A stretch of DNA of 64,000 nt from Octopus sinensis. Its lineage: Eukaryota. Shown here piece after piece: positions 1 through 11,577 of this stretch. Both the position numbers and the translations under genes were made by a program. The stretch spans positions 163,308,001 to 163,372,000 of the forward strand of contig NC_042999.1 in the NCBI RefSeq assembly GCF_006345805.1. Direction: 5' to 3'. The notes beneath the pieces were generated by a model that was not told where the DNA came from, did no database searches, and saw only the letters and a program-made list of their open reading frames with translations. Within the stretch, counting starts at the first letter, position 1; each line of letters begins with the position of its first letter.

Positions 1-169
1 TGTTCACCTTTAACCTGAGTTTCGTCTGTTTGTTTTCTACAAGAATTTTTGTATGTGACTAGAAAGGATCTCGACACCCTGCCAGTGCTTCGATGATAGA
101 TCCTTTCACGTTACACATTCTTCATGGTTCAAAACATTGCTTACTTTTTACTCAACCTAATATATATAT

Positions 170-570
170 ATATTCTTTTACTTGTTTCAGTCATTTAATT
201 GTGGCCATGCTGAAGCACCACCTTTAGTCAAACAAATTGATCCCAGGACTTAGTTTTTGTAAGCCTAGTATTTATTCTATCAGTTTCTTTTGCTCATCTG
301 CTAAATTACGGGGACATAAACACACCAACATCATTTGTCAAGCGATGGTGGAGGGACAAACACAGAACACAAATACATACATTTATAGAAATATATATAT
401 ATATACATATATGACAGGCTTCTTTCTGTTTCCATCTACCAAATCCAGTCACAAGGTTTTGGTCAGCCTGAGGCTATAGTAGAAGACACTTGCCCAAGGT
501 GCCATGCAGTGGGACTGAACCCAGAACCATGTGTTTAGTAAGAAAGCTTCTTACCACATAGCCACTCCTA
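170..570 (-). mobile_element. tRNA-derived SINE family A (about 400 bp, internal TA/CA microsatellite)
   Basis: On minus: A-box-like GGAGTGGCTATGTGGTAAG, B-box-like GGTTCAGTCCC, core CCTTGGGCAAGTGTCTTC, tail TGACTGAAACAAGTAAAAGA. Confidence 0.85.
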
Positions 571-582
571 TAAATATATATA

Positions 583-1470
583 CAGGGTGTTTCAAAACAT
601 TTGATATCACTTCGCAATCTAATAACTTTGCCAGTCCTTGTTCAAATGACTTCAAACAGGTCAAAATTTTATGTTTAATGTTTGATATGTATATCTTTTC
701 AGGTATAGAAATGGCATTCACTGGAAGAGAAAAGGCATTTTGTGTGTTGGAGTATACTCAAAATATAATATGCTCGAACACAGTTGAACAAGACTGTGCA
801 GCATGCATTTGTGAGAGAGTTAGCTAAAAAGTCACCAACAGCAATGCAGAGTTGGACATGGCACAAAAAATTCAAAGAGGAAGGCTGTCTGTGCAGGGCA
901 AAAGGATCTGGACAACCACTAACATTGGAAGAGATAGTTGAGCGGGTTCACCAAAGACTTTTGTGAAGCCCCAAGTTCCTAAGAAGAACAAGTCTGCAAA
1001 CCCAGATTCCTCCAACAAGAGTTTACCATGTCCTGAGGAAACACTTGCTAGTGAAACCTTACAAGCTGCAGCTCATTCAGGCCATAATGGCAGATGACAA
1101 GCGAGAGTGCAAACAAGGGGTTATGTGAAGGGCCTGGTCTATGTCCCCCCCCCCCATCTTCCTGCCAACCTCGAGGAACTCGAGCAGAGAATCACTACCG
1201 CACTGGAGACTGTTACCCAAGACATGCTGCAGCGTGTTTGGGAAGAGCTGGACTACTGGCTTGACATGTGCCATGTCCCAGGCAGTGTGCAATATTGAAT
1301 ATTTGTGAAATCGTTCATGGAATCCACAGACCTTTGAGTTTCTCATTCAAAATTGGAAAAATGAATCTTATGTTGCTCAACACTAATCCTGTTTAGTCGC
1401 ATTTGCTTTGACTGTGTAGTCTCTGTGATACTTACATCTCAAATGATATCAAAGTTTTTGAAACACCCTG
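583..1470 (+). mobile_element. Internally deleted Tc1/mariner element (888 bp)
   Basis: 27-bp TIRs CAGGGTGTTTCAAAA..TTTGATATCA with TA flanks. N-terminal HTH relic (MAFTGREKAFCVLEY...WHKKFKEEGCLC) joined to C-terminus (GYVKGLVYVPP..NLEELEQRI); catalytic core missing. Confidence 0.9.
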
Positions 1471-1486
1471 TATGTATGTATGTATG

Positions 1487-1537
<51 letters not shown>

Positions 1538-1540
<3 letters not shown>

Positions 1541-1796
1541 GATGAATATGGTACTTAAGTTGAGGCACCAGAATTTAGTATGGTATTATCCATACAATTT
1601 CAAAGTAAGGTGATTAAAATCAAAATAATTATACTAATGTGTCCATCTGTTCTAACTTAATTAAATTCTATGTCTTTGTGCAGCTGAAGATTGCTCTAAA
1701 TTTTAAACTGATGTAATGATTGTATTGCTCAATTAAATGGAGTTGCATGAAACGATCGTACCGCATTACCTCTGGATATCCTTGTTGCTTATTTTG
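1538..1796 (+). mobile_element. Short (TA)n-flanked Penelope/retrozyme-like element carrying a hammerhead motif
   Basis: Bounded by (TA)n on both sides; contains the hammerhead motif at 1678-1766. Confidence 0.5.
1678..1766 (+). ncRNA. Type I hammerhead ribozyme motif with extended loop II
   Basis: Stem I GTGCAG/CCGCAT (1 mismatch), CTGAAGA 1684-1690, imperfect stem II TTGC..GCAT, GAAA 1749-1752, palindromic stem III ACGATCGT, predicted cleavage after A1760. Confidence 0.65.
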
Positions 1797-2495
1797 ATAT
1801 ATATATATATATTCCTCCAATGCAATTTAAAGCCCCAGTTGTGTGACAAATAACTAGTATTTAAAACTTCATGTGTATTTCTATTTAAGTATTGCAATAG
1901 TTAAGAAATCCAGGTTTGAATATTATACAGAGTATATGTAGAAAATGAAATAAAACATGAGAGATTATTTATAAGACATTTAGTTACATCATCTCATGTA
2001 TGCATCCTTAACATAAGATGATGATTAGGTACATATGCAAATTTCATAAACAAGACATTGTCAAAGTGTAAGAGACTTGTAAGTTTTATGCATAACATTA
2101 CTGCATTGAAAAGACAACAGAATTGACCATCGTGGAGATGGTTAGAAGATATCATTCCCTGGAATGTGTGTGTGTGTGTGCGTGTGTGTATACTTATGTC
2201 TCCAGATTTTAACATCACGTTAGATGGAAATGAATGCCACTGTCATACAAGCAATGTGCCTTGTTCTCAGTTTTCCATGAGAACATGGAAGGAAGTGAGA
2301 TTTGGCAAAAGGAAAGGATAAAAATAAAGATAAAGATATATATATATATATATATATAATTATTATTATATGTAGAAAAATACAAACTGAGACAAGAACG
2401 CAAAACACTTAGAAGACGATACAAAAAACACAGACGGGACATTCGAAGCCCTCAATCTTCAGTCAAGAACCGGATCATCGTAGCAATTTCAGCTG

Positions 2496-2576
<81 letters not shown>

Positions 2577-2577
<1 letters not shown>

Positions 2578-3495
2578 CAAAATAAGAAAATGGAGGAATA
2601 GATTTCTATCAATCACCAACTTCCAGATAATACCAATTCATATAATTTATTAACTGATTAATTAACTGGAATATACATATATATCCACATCAAAGGGTAC
2701 ATATACAAAGTTCAAAGTTCATTACAATACATTTCTAAAAACTATTAATATTATTATTATTATTAATGAACTTTGGACTTTGTATATGTACCCTTTGATG
2801 TGGATATATATGTATATTCCAGTATATAGATTTGATTAACTGTAACCTTATGTGTATGTAAATTATTATGTATATACTTATATATATGTATATGTAGGTG
2901 TATATACACTTATATATATATGTATATATGCATATTCTTGTATATATGTACCTTGTTTAATATTTATATTTGCATTTTATATCTTCATAATTGTACTTTA
3001 TAATCTCTGACGAGGCCTTGAGATATATATATATATATATATAAGTAACTCATTTTTAACTGCATATTACCTCAATACATCTGACTAATATGGGCATAAT
3101 GAGATACCCTTATCTACAGGCTGAAACAGCTGTAAGATCCATTTTATATATATTATTTTTATGGTATTATCTTACTTATTGATGTACATTGTTTTATTCT
3201 GTCTTATTCTGTTGGATTTGGATGTTCCTATTTAATTTAATTAATCAGTTAATAAATTATATGAATTAGTATTATCTAGAAGTTGATGATTGAAAGGAAT
3301 CTATTCCTCCATTTTCTTATTTTGTATTATGAATTTGATGTAAAACATTTTACCTTCGCCCATCTAATACAATAAATGAACTAATTGCATTGCAATTCTT
3401 AGCATTTATGTATTAGCCTTTTGGGTACTTCACTGGCAGTATATTGGATATATGATATCCCACAGTGGGTTACACTCATAACCCCTATCTCACTT
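2577..3495. mobile_element. Palindromic Penelope-like (pLTR-type) element inside (TA)n
   Basis: 2577-2660 is inverted at about 3240-3329; 2670-2735 is inverted at 2764-2823. Shares TACAAAATAAGAAAATGGAG and CCAATATACTG motifs with 7820, 15020 and 33412. Carries a hammerhead. Confidence 0.65.
3003..3138 (+). ncRNA. Type I hammerhead ribozyme motif with about 100-nt insert in loop II
   Basis: Stem I ATCT/AGAT, CTGACGA 3007-3013, stem II GGCCT/AGGCT, GAAA 3123-3126, palindromic ACAGCTGT, predicted cleavage after A3134. Confidence 0.7.
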
Positions 3496-3742
3496 TATAC
3501 TTTTATGTATGTATGTATATTTTATCAACATAGAATAAAAAACAGAAAACTAAATATATGAATAGAATAAATATGTGTTGTGTTATTGTACATAGATGCT
3601 AAGTATCAGTTATTGCCAGATTTATAAAGTTAGTTATGAGTTTGATTGGAAAAATTGTATTACCAATTAAAATGTAACTGAGTAGGTGAAACTAGCAGCA
3701 ACTGATATATCTTGAATCTTTTCACTGTATACTGTTCAGATA

Positions 3743-4625
3743 CAGGTGCCCCAAAAGTAATTGATGGGTTTCAATTTTTAATAACTTCCTTAACTTTACA
3801 AATAAATGCATGAACTTTTGATACAATATAAAGGACATAATGGAAATTAATGTGCATGAGTCAAATTTTGCAACACCACTACATCACATTTGAAAAATGG
3901 CATCACTTAAATGGTAGCCATTTTCAGCTTTGCATGCCTGTGCTCTTTCCAAAACTTGCACCAAAACACCCTCAAGAGTTTCAGAGCCCACTTCTCTGAT
4001 TTTTCTATTCATGTTTTCCTTCAGTTGCACCAGGGTCTCCAGTTTGTTGACTTAAACCCTGTCTTTCAGGTATCCCCACAAGAAAAAATTCGGGCTAGTC
4101 AATTCTGGGTAACATGAAGGCCAGTTGACATTGCCACAGCAGAAGATTATTCTCTCCCCAAAGCACTGTTGTAGCAACTGCATTGTTTCTCTTGTGGTAT
4201 GAACAGTTGTCCCATCTTACTGGAACCATGCATGAGGTCTACTTTGAATGGCCTTCAATTCTTCAGACATGACTAACCTTGATATTTTCTTGTGGGGATA
4301 CCTGAAAGAGAGGGTTTACATCAACGAACCGGAGACCCTAGTGCAACTGAAGAACATTAATAGAGAAATCAGAGAAGTGGGGTCTGAAATTCTTGAGGGT
4401 GTTATGCTGCATGTTTTGGAAAGAGCACAGGTGTGGGAGGCCGAAAATGGCTGCCATTTAAGTGATGTCATTTTTTATATATTGATGTAGTGGTTTTGCA
4501 AAATTTGACTCATGCATATTAATTTCCATTATATCCTTTATATTGTATCAAAATTTCATGCATTTATTTGTAAACTTAAATAAGTTATTAAAAATTAAAA
4601 CCCATTAGTGACTTATGGGGCACTG
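3743..4625. mobile_element. Tc1/mariner derivative made of two inverted 3' (right) ends (883 bp)
   Basis: TA flanks, termini CAG(G)TGCCCC. About 370-bp inverted arms each encode the C-terminus (FLWGYLK.RV..N..ETLVQLK..GCHLSD). Minus arm extends to WFQ*DGT. Confidence 0.85.
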
Positions 4626-5360
4626 TATATAAATATACATAGGCATAGATATATGTGCTGGTATGATTATAGGTGTAGTCATGGCTACAAACACTAGCAA
4701 TGCCATGTCATTAAGAAATTCACTTCCTAACTACATGCTTTTGGGTTGCATCCCACTTCCTGATACACTGGGCAAGTGTCTTCTGCTATAGCCACAGGAT
4801 AACCAAACCTTGTGAGTGGATTTGGTAGACAAAAACTGAAAGCAGCTTGTCATGTATGTGTCTGTGCCTTTGTCATCACATTGCATGATAATTGTGAGTG
4901 AGTGTTACAATCATGTCATACAAAGTGTCATTTGTTCCTAATCTTCAGTGAAAACAAGTCCAATTATGGAGAAATATTACACTGCTTGGAAACAAGTGAA
5001 GATTAATGAGAAGAAGGATATTTGGCCAAAGAAATTCTGTCACGGTGAATTCCATCTAATCTAAGCAAGCCTGGAAAACTGAACATTAAAAGGATGATGA
5101 TGATGATGATGATGATAGCGTATGTGTGTGTGTGTGTATAGGGCCTGGCAGGGTTGAGCTAACAACCATTAGAATGTTGTATTCTTGAGCAAAACACTTC
5201 ATGTTGCATTGCTCCAATCTACTCAGTCGGGAATGTGTACCAGCAACAGCTGGGCATTAACATGCAACGGATTAGCATCTCATTCTGAGGAGTCATATTG
5301 TACTCATGGAATTTGGGATAAGCTCCAACTTAATAAACCTGTAAGCTTGTGGCAGATCTA

Positions 5361-5398
<38 letters not shown>

Positions 5399-5636
5399 TT
5401 CTAATGTCACTCTTACTGTGCTGACTTGTGTATGTATTTATGAGTATATTTGTGTGCATGTACAAGTGCATATGTGCATCTATATTTTCAAGAATGAATA
5501 TGATGAGGGTACTATACATCTCTGTGAGTTCTTATAAAGTATTTGTACTTGTATATGCACCTGGAAAAATATAAAGATATTTCTGTAATAACTCTTATAC
5601 CTGGTGTTTAGCTGCTGTACTAATGAACTATATTAC

Positions 5637-5758
5637 CTGAGGCTATGTCCCATAATTTGCATGTCTTGTCCATGGAACCAGAAACAACCAAGGAAGAGTC
5701 CCAGTTAAACTGACAGCTGCTAACCTCAGCTTTGTGTCCAATTAACTTGTGGATACGT
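5637..5758 (-). CDS. DAW1: DAW1 coding exon 9 ([41 protein letters not shown])
   Basis: 122 nt, CCACTAG / GTAATA, WD40 repeat. The gene continues beyond the left window edge. Confidence 0.96.
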
Positions 5759-6014
5759 CTAGTGGAAACAGCAATACTGACAGTTAGACAGAAGGAAATT
5801 TAGGCAGACAGATAAATACAGTTCTATATAGACAAACTGACTAATGTATTGTTATTATCAAGCAAATGGAGAAAGAAATAGATCGAAAGTTATTGTGTAT
5901 TTAGAGAGTTAGTTAATTGCAGGCTCACATATCTAATGTAATGAACAAAAATATGTTAAACTAATTAAAATCACACTTGCAGTGAGAGTAAGAAATTTGG
6001 CATTAATGCAAAGC

Positions 6015-6290
6015 TGATGCCACATAAAAAGCACCCAGTCTACTCTGTAAAGTGGTTGGTGTTAGGAAAGACACCCATCTGTAAAAAACATGCCAAAGCA
6101 GATCTTACTTATGCCATGTGAAAAGCCCCCAGTCTACTCTGTAAAGTGGTTAGCATTGGGAAGGGCTTCCAGCTGCAAAATCATGCTGAAGCAGACAGTA
6201 GAGCTTGGCATAGTCTTCTGGCTTACCAGTTCCTGTCAAACAGTCCAACCCATGCCAGCATGGAAGATTGACATTAAATGATGATAATAA
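6015..6290 (+). mobile_element. RTE-LINE 3' end / RTE-tailed short element
   Basis: GTTAGGAA..CATC.., CCAACCCATGCCAGCATGGAA..CATTAAATGATGAT tail, shared with the element at 29080-29848. Confidence 0.7.
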
Positions 6291-7819
6291 CAATACATTT
6301 CAAGAAAAGTAAGAGAGAGAATTTGGACATTCGAATTAGCAGAAAAACAGACATGCACCTAGATGCAGAGGAATGAATGGTCAGATTGGCAAAATGATAA
6401 AGAGATAAGCTTTGGCATTTCCAATACTGAATACCAGGAGTTTCAACATCAAATGCCATTCTAAGAGAAAACACCTACACAATACAATGCTTTACACTAG
6501 TGTTATGTAGATTAAGCTTTCACACATAGAAACATAAATATGTTTGCTAAGTCATTTATGGTAGGAAAGGATAGAATTGATTGATACACTAGTATCTTAC
6601 AGTATTTCTTATTTTTTTTATGTATCTCAGAAGGAGGAAAAGCAAAGTTGAATAGAAAAGGGTAGCAAAGTTCATCTGAGTTCGCTGTTTGCTATTTGCT
6701 ACAGACAAAGAAATTACTCAATAGTAGGTTATAAAATGAAAAGGAGGTTATGGGGTAATTCCATATGAAATCAACGCAATTTTTTTTTAAATTGAAGGTG
6801 ACCAAAACCAATTTTTTTCAAACTTTGCATGCAAAATGGCCTTCATACGAAACCCTTAAGTATGGAATTTTTTTTACCTGACTCTAGTATTTGCTGAGTT
6901 ATGGCCATTTGAAATTTTCAAAAAAGTGACATTTTTCAGTTACTCAATAACTTTGAGAAGTCATATCTCAGTCACTATTTGAGCTAGAAAACTCAATTTT
7001 TCTTTTCATTTTAAAGCATTTAAATAGATCTGCAACGCATGTTTAATGTATTTTTGTTCCTTGCGATAAAAATAAAAAAAGTTGACCTAAAATTTAACTT
7101 TTGACCTTTCATAGGTGAAAAGATTGATTTTTTATGAAATTTTGTCCAAATATTGCCCTACTTAGTCACAGCTCACATAAAAAATTCACACTATGATTTC
7201 AATGAGAAGTATTTTTAATAAATGTAATTTTACTGAAAAGAGTAGTGACAAATTATCAAAAATCGCTTACCAAGCAAGACAATTTGAGCTTGAAGGAGAA
7301 AACACTGGAATTGTCCTTGCATTTCTAAATCTCTCTCGATAGATTTTCCTCATTCTGTATTTCATCATTTGAAGAGTAGATAATTCCAGGAATGTTTTGC
7401 TAACCATAATCATAAAATTCTCTTGGAGAGTCATGATTTGTTCATTGAAAGGGTGATGTAAACTTGCTTGAACTGCCATTCATTTAATTGTACCTCATAA
7501 ACCATCACAAGGTCTCTTCCCATGAGTAATAGCAAAGAAGTGCCACTCTGCATCAGTTTGGAAATCTATAGAATACTCTTTTACTCTTTTACTTGTTTCA
7601 ATCATTTGACTGTGGCATGCTGGAGCACCACTTTCAGTTGAACAAATCGACTCCAGGACTTATGGTTTGCAAGCCTAGTACTTATTCTATTGGTCTCTTT
7701 TGCCGAACCACTAAGTCACAGATACGTAAACACACCAACATCGGTTGTTGAGTGATGGTGGGGAGACACAGACACACAAGCATATACATACATACATACA
7801 TACATATATATATATATAT

Positions 7820-8180
7820 AACACCAAGTAACACCAATATACTGTTGGTATGATACCCAAATTATTAATACACAAGTGTTTTTAATTGCAATGCTATTAA
7901 CTTACTTATTGTATTAAATGGGTGAAGGTAAAGAAATATTTTACCATTAATTTATAATACAAATAAGAAAATGGAGAAACACATTAGTTGGTTTATCAGC
8001 TTTAGGATATTACAATGTTGACTTAAGGTTTTTATAATTGTATTCTTATCTTATATGTATTGAATTTTAATGTATGTTATTATGGTTCTCGTTTTGTTAA
8101 ATAAATAAGTCAACATTCTAATATCCTAAAGCTGATAAACCAACTAAATTGTTTCTCTATTTTCTTATTTGTATTATATA
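7820..8180. mobile_element. Penelope-like hairpin element
   Basis: About 72-bp inverted arms 7953-8025 / 8106-8177; same family as 15020-15385. Confidence 0.6.
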
Positions 8181-8195
8181 TATATATATATATAT

Positions 8196-8775
8196 ATAAT
8201 AGAAATATTAAAATTACTAAGTCTCTCTAAAGGAGATTATGGCAGTGTTACTGGATATTAATAGTTATCGCCATACTAATATGGCAGTCTATAAATAAGA
8301 CTAAAGCTGTTGCTGATTAGCTCCAAGAGGCCATCACCTCTAGCTAGCTATATGACACACGAACCTGCGTCCATTACAACCTTCGAACAGGGGAGGTCAG
8401 CCGCTTCACCTTGCTGGTCAGACATCTGCAGACATGTTTCAGGGTTGTTGCTCTTTATCAATGCAGCGTAGTCAGAACCAGCGGGTGTCGCTACTGACCG
8501 TCTGTTCGAAGATTTTATTTACCTAGTTACAGTGGAATACATCCACTTGTTTTCAATAATAGAAATATTAAAATTACTAAGTCTCTCTAAAGGAGATTAC
8601 GGCAGCGTTACTGGATATTAATAGTTATTGCCATACTAATATGGCAGTCTATAAATAAGACTAAAGCAGGTTCGTGTGTCATATAGCTAGCTAAAGGCGG
8701 TGGCCTCTTGGAGCTAATCAGCGACAGCTTTAGTCTTATTTATAGACTGCCATATTAGTATGGTGATAACTATTA

Positions 8776-8780
<5 letters not shown>
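8196..8780. mobile_element. Partial-tandem plus inverted Penelope/retrozyme-like element
   Basis: Direct repeat 8198-8307 / 8558-8667 (360-nt period), inverted copy 8667-8778, degenerate hammerhead at 8426-8466. A fragment recurs at 31381-31570. Confidence 0.7.
8426..8466 (-). ncRNA. Degenerate minimal type I hammerhead
   Basis: Minus strand: CTGCA-TTGATAA-AGAG CAACAA CCCT-GAAA-CATG-TC-TGCAG. Two core substitutions versus CTGATGA. Confidence 0.6.
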
Positions 8781-8806
<26 letters not shown>

Positions 8807-9409
8807 ATATATATATACAATGGGCTTCTTTCAGTTTCTGTCTACCAAATCCACTCACAAGGCTTTGGTTGGCTTGAGGCTAGAGTAGAAGACACTTGCC
8901 CAAGGTGCAACGCAGTGAGACTGAACCTGGAACCATGTAGTTGGTAAGCAAACTACTTACCACACAACCACTCCTGCACCTGTATGGTAGCATAAATTTA
9001 TAAAATTCTTACAATTTTTATGTTGTGAAGCATCACTATCTGAAAAATAAATAATTTTGTTGATATTAAAGGCATTGCCCCTAAGAAAATCTATCAGCTT
9101 TTTTGGGGAAGAGATGGACTGCTACTGTATCATGCTTCATACAGTCAGATATAGCAACAACACTGATGTTAGTCACATCATTGTTTAGTTCACAATAACA
9201 GACAAACAGATGGATAGAGGCTTGGGTATTGTTCCAATGAAATCCTTGTACTCCATCTTGCAAGATGAATAATTCTCTGAAAAACCTGCTATGATTAAGA
9301 TTTCTCCTTCACTTAAATAGCCTTTTGTTGAAGTACAAAATTTAGATTGTTCTTCTGCAATGAAATCATGTACTTTAAGTGCTTCAAGCTTTTGACAGAA
9401 ATTTTCAAC

Positions 9410-9411
<2 letters not shown>

Positions 9412-9442
<31 letters not shown>

Positions 9443-10349
9443 GTTTAGCGTCTGCTTTCCATGCTAGCATGGGTTGGACGGTTCAACTGGGGTCTAGAAA
9501 GCCAGAAGGCTGCACCAGGCCCAGTCTGATCTGGCAATGTTTCTATGGCTGGATGCCCTTCCTAACGCCAACCACTCCGTGAGTGTAGTGGGTGCTTTTT
9601 ACATTCCACCGGCACAGGTGCCAGACGAGGCTGGCAATGGCCACGAACGGATGGTGCTTTTTACATGCCACTAGCATGAGGCCAGTCGGGGCAGCACTGG
9701 CAATGGCCACGTTTGGATGGTTCTCTTACGTGCCACCGGCACTGGTATCACAGCTGCAATTTCCATTGATGTTGATCAATTTCGATTCTCACTTGCCACA
9801 ACAGGTCTTCACAAGTAGAGTTTTGTGTCCCCAGAAGGAAAGGTATGCATAAGTGGACTGGCACATCCCGGGTTATGGTCTCACTTGTCTTGCCAGGTCT
9901 TCTCATGCACAGCACACTTCCAAAGGTCTCGGTCTCTAGTTATTTCCTCAGTGACCTAAAGTTCGAAGGTTGTGCTTCACCACCTCTTCCCAGGTTTTCC
10001 TGGGTCTGCCTCTTCCACAGGTTCCCTCAACCGCTAGGGTATGGCACTTTTTCACACAACTATCCTCATCCATACCAGTGCAAACGTCTCTCTTGCACAT
10101 ATATATTCCCTTTTGGCAGTCTGATACAATTCCCTGCTACCACCATTCTTCCAGTCCTTTCAAGCCTGTCTCTCTTCTCTAATAGCCCTGTCTACAACAT
10201 TGTTCCACCACCACGTTATTTTGGGTCGAGGGGGGACTTTGCACCAGCCACAGATCTGGTCAGTGGCTTTCAGAAGGTTGTCCCTTAGAAACGTCCAATT
10301 GTCTTCTACCCCATGTGATGCTCTATCCCCTTCTACTTCGTCAAAGGCT
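9412..10349 (-). mobile_element. RTE-clade LINE, 5'-truncated and internally deleted (RT missing), inserted in the Sola2 ORF
   Basis: AFDEVEG..DNWTFLRDNLLKATDQICG..WWWNN linker fused near 10105 to ERRLHWY..GRGRPRKTWEEVV C-terminus, then 3' UTR and (TGA)n tail. Confidence 0.88.
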
Positions 10350-11577
10350 ATCTGTTGATTTTGATATATATTTTTGGGATTGTTCTGTCAGTTGTTAGCC
10401 ATTGCTTATACTGTACTTCATCAATGATATTCACATTAAACATTTCGTATAACAATTTTTCAAACTCTTCTAGCAAAGAATTACAATTTGTACAGTTATC
10501 CATGTGGCAGCCATTTGTTCTTGGGTTACAAGTAATTGATTCCAAACATTGTTTATAATCAATCAAGTAAAACTTCATATCCTTGGTTAAATCAGATAGT
10601 TTCATGCCAGAAATCATTAGTTTAACATTCTGATGAATGGTGCATGCACATACATTATGTGCACCAGTACTACCTGCAAGTGTGCATTCTTCTGGCCTTG
10701 TCTCTGCAAATTTTGAGAAACTCATTTTGATTTCAGGATTTTTTTCATTTAAACAATTGGAAGGCTTCCTTGAAGTTACAAAGTATGGTGGTACTTTTTC
10801 TCATGGACTCTTTTGCTATCTGTTTTTTTTTACTGATTTGTAATCCTTTTTTCCTGGCATAACTCTGCTTACTTCATTTTTATGAAACTGAGAAACACAA
10901 TTGGCAGTTTTTTTGAGGAAATGTACTTTTTCTATGGCTAGGATGTAATAAAATCCCTTCCTCATTGACCAGCCTTTTAGCTTGTCTAGCCATGTAATTA
11001 GGCACATCGAATTCCTGGAGTTTTCACAGATACCAATTTTTGGCAGAATTGTTAAAATTTGCAGTTTTTCTGATCTTTTTTCTGTTGGAAATTTTTCTTT
11101 TAACTGTTTGATTATTTCAATTTCAGGGTGATGATTCACCAACTTCCCTTCTAGGTGAAATCATTTTCATCTTTTGACCAAAAGTACATGAAGGTAGTAT
11201 CTATCTTTAGTTTTTAAAAATTTTTTATTGAAGATTCTCCAATTTCAGACAGAGCATTGTTGAGGATATCTAATTCTGCATTTTCTTCTATGAAGACATC
11301 TGTTGATGATGAAGTTACTTCAGTGGTAGTTGATGTATCATCTCTTGTATCTTCTGATGATAGTTCAACTTGAAATGTGGGCAAAGTTTTTCTGCAAGAG
11401 TCACATATTTTTTTTCTAGGAATTAGGCTTGTTTTAGGATATTTTGTTGCAAAATTTGCTGTTACTGTTCTTAAACCCTCTTTCATGAGTGCTTTATGAT
11501 TTTAAATGGGTCACAACACTTTTCTTGCTCAGCTAAAAAATTTTCTTTTACGTCCATCTGTAACCAGAAATTAACTA

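Larger units (their letters stand above)
7585..8980 (-). mobile_element. SINE family A split at its internal microsatellite by Penelope-like inserts
   Basis: 3' half at 7585-7800 and 5' half at 8815-8980 are colinear; the intervening DNA is bounded by (TA)n. Confidence 0.8.

Noticed and set aside
2400-2490. Hammerhead-like CTGAAGA..GAAT on minus strand (homologue at 60130-60200)
   Set aside because: No consistent stem II/III or stem I pairing, and no GAAA in the right place.
1-5636. Search for DAW1 exon 10 (G-KCV.TL.GH.DE.LD)
   Set aside because: Not seen on the minus strand; presumably lies left of the window.
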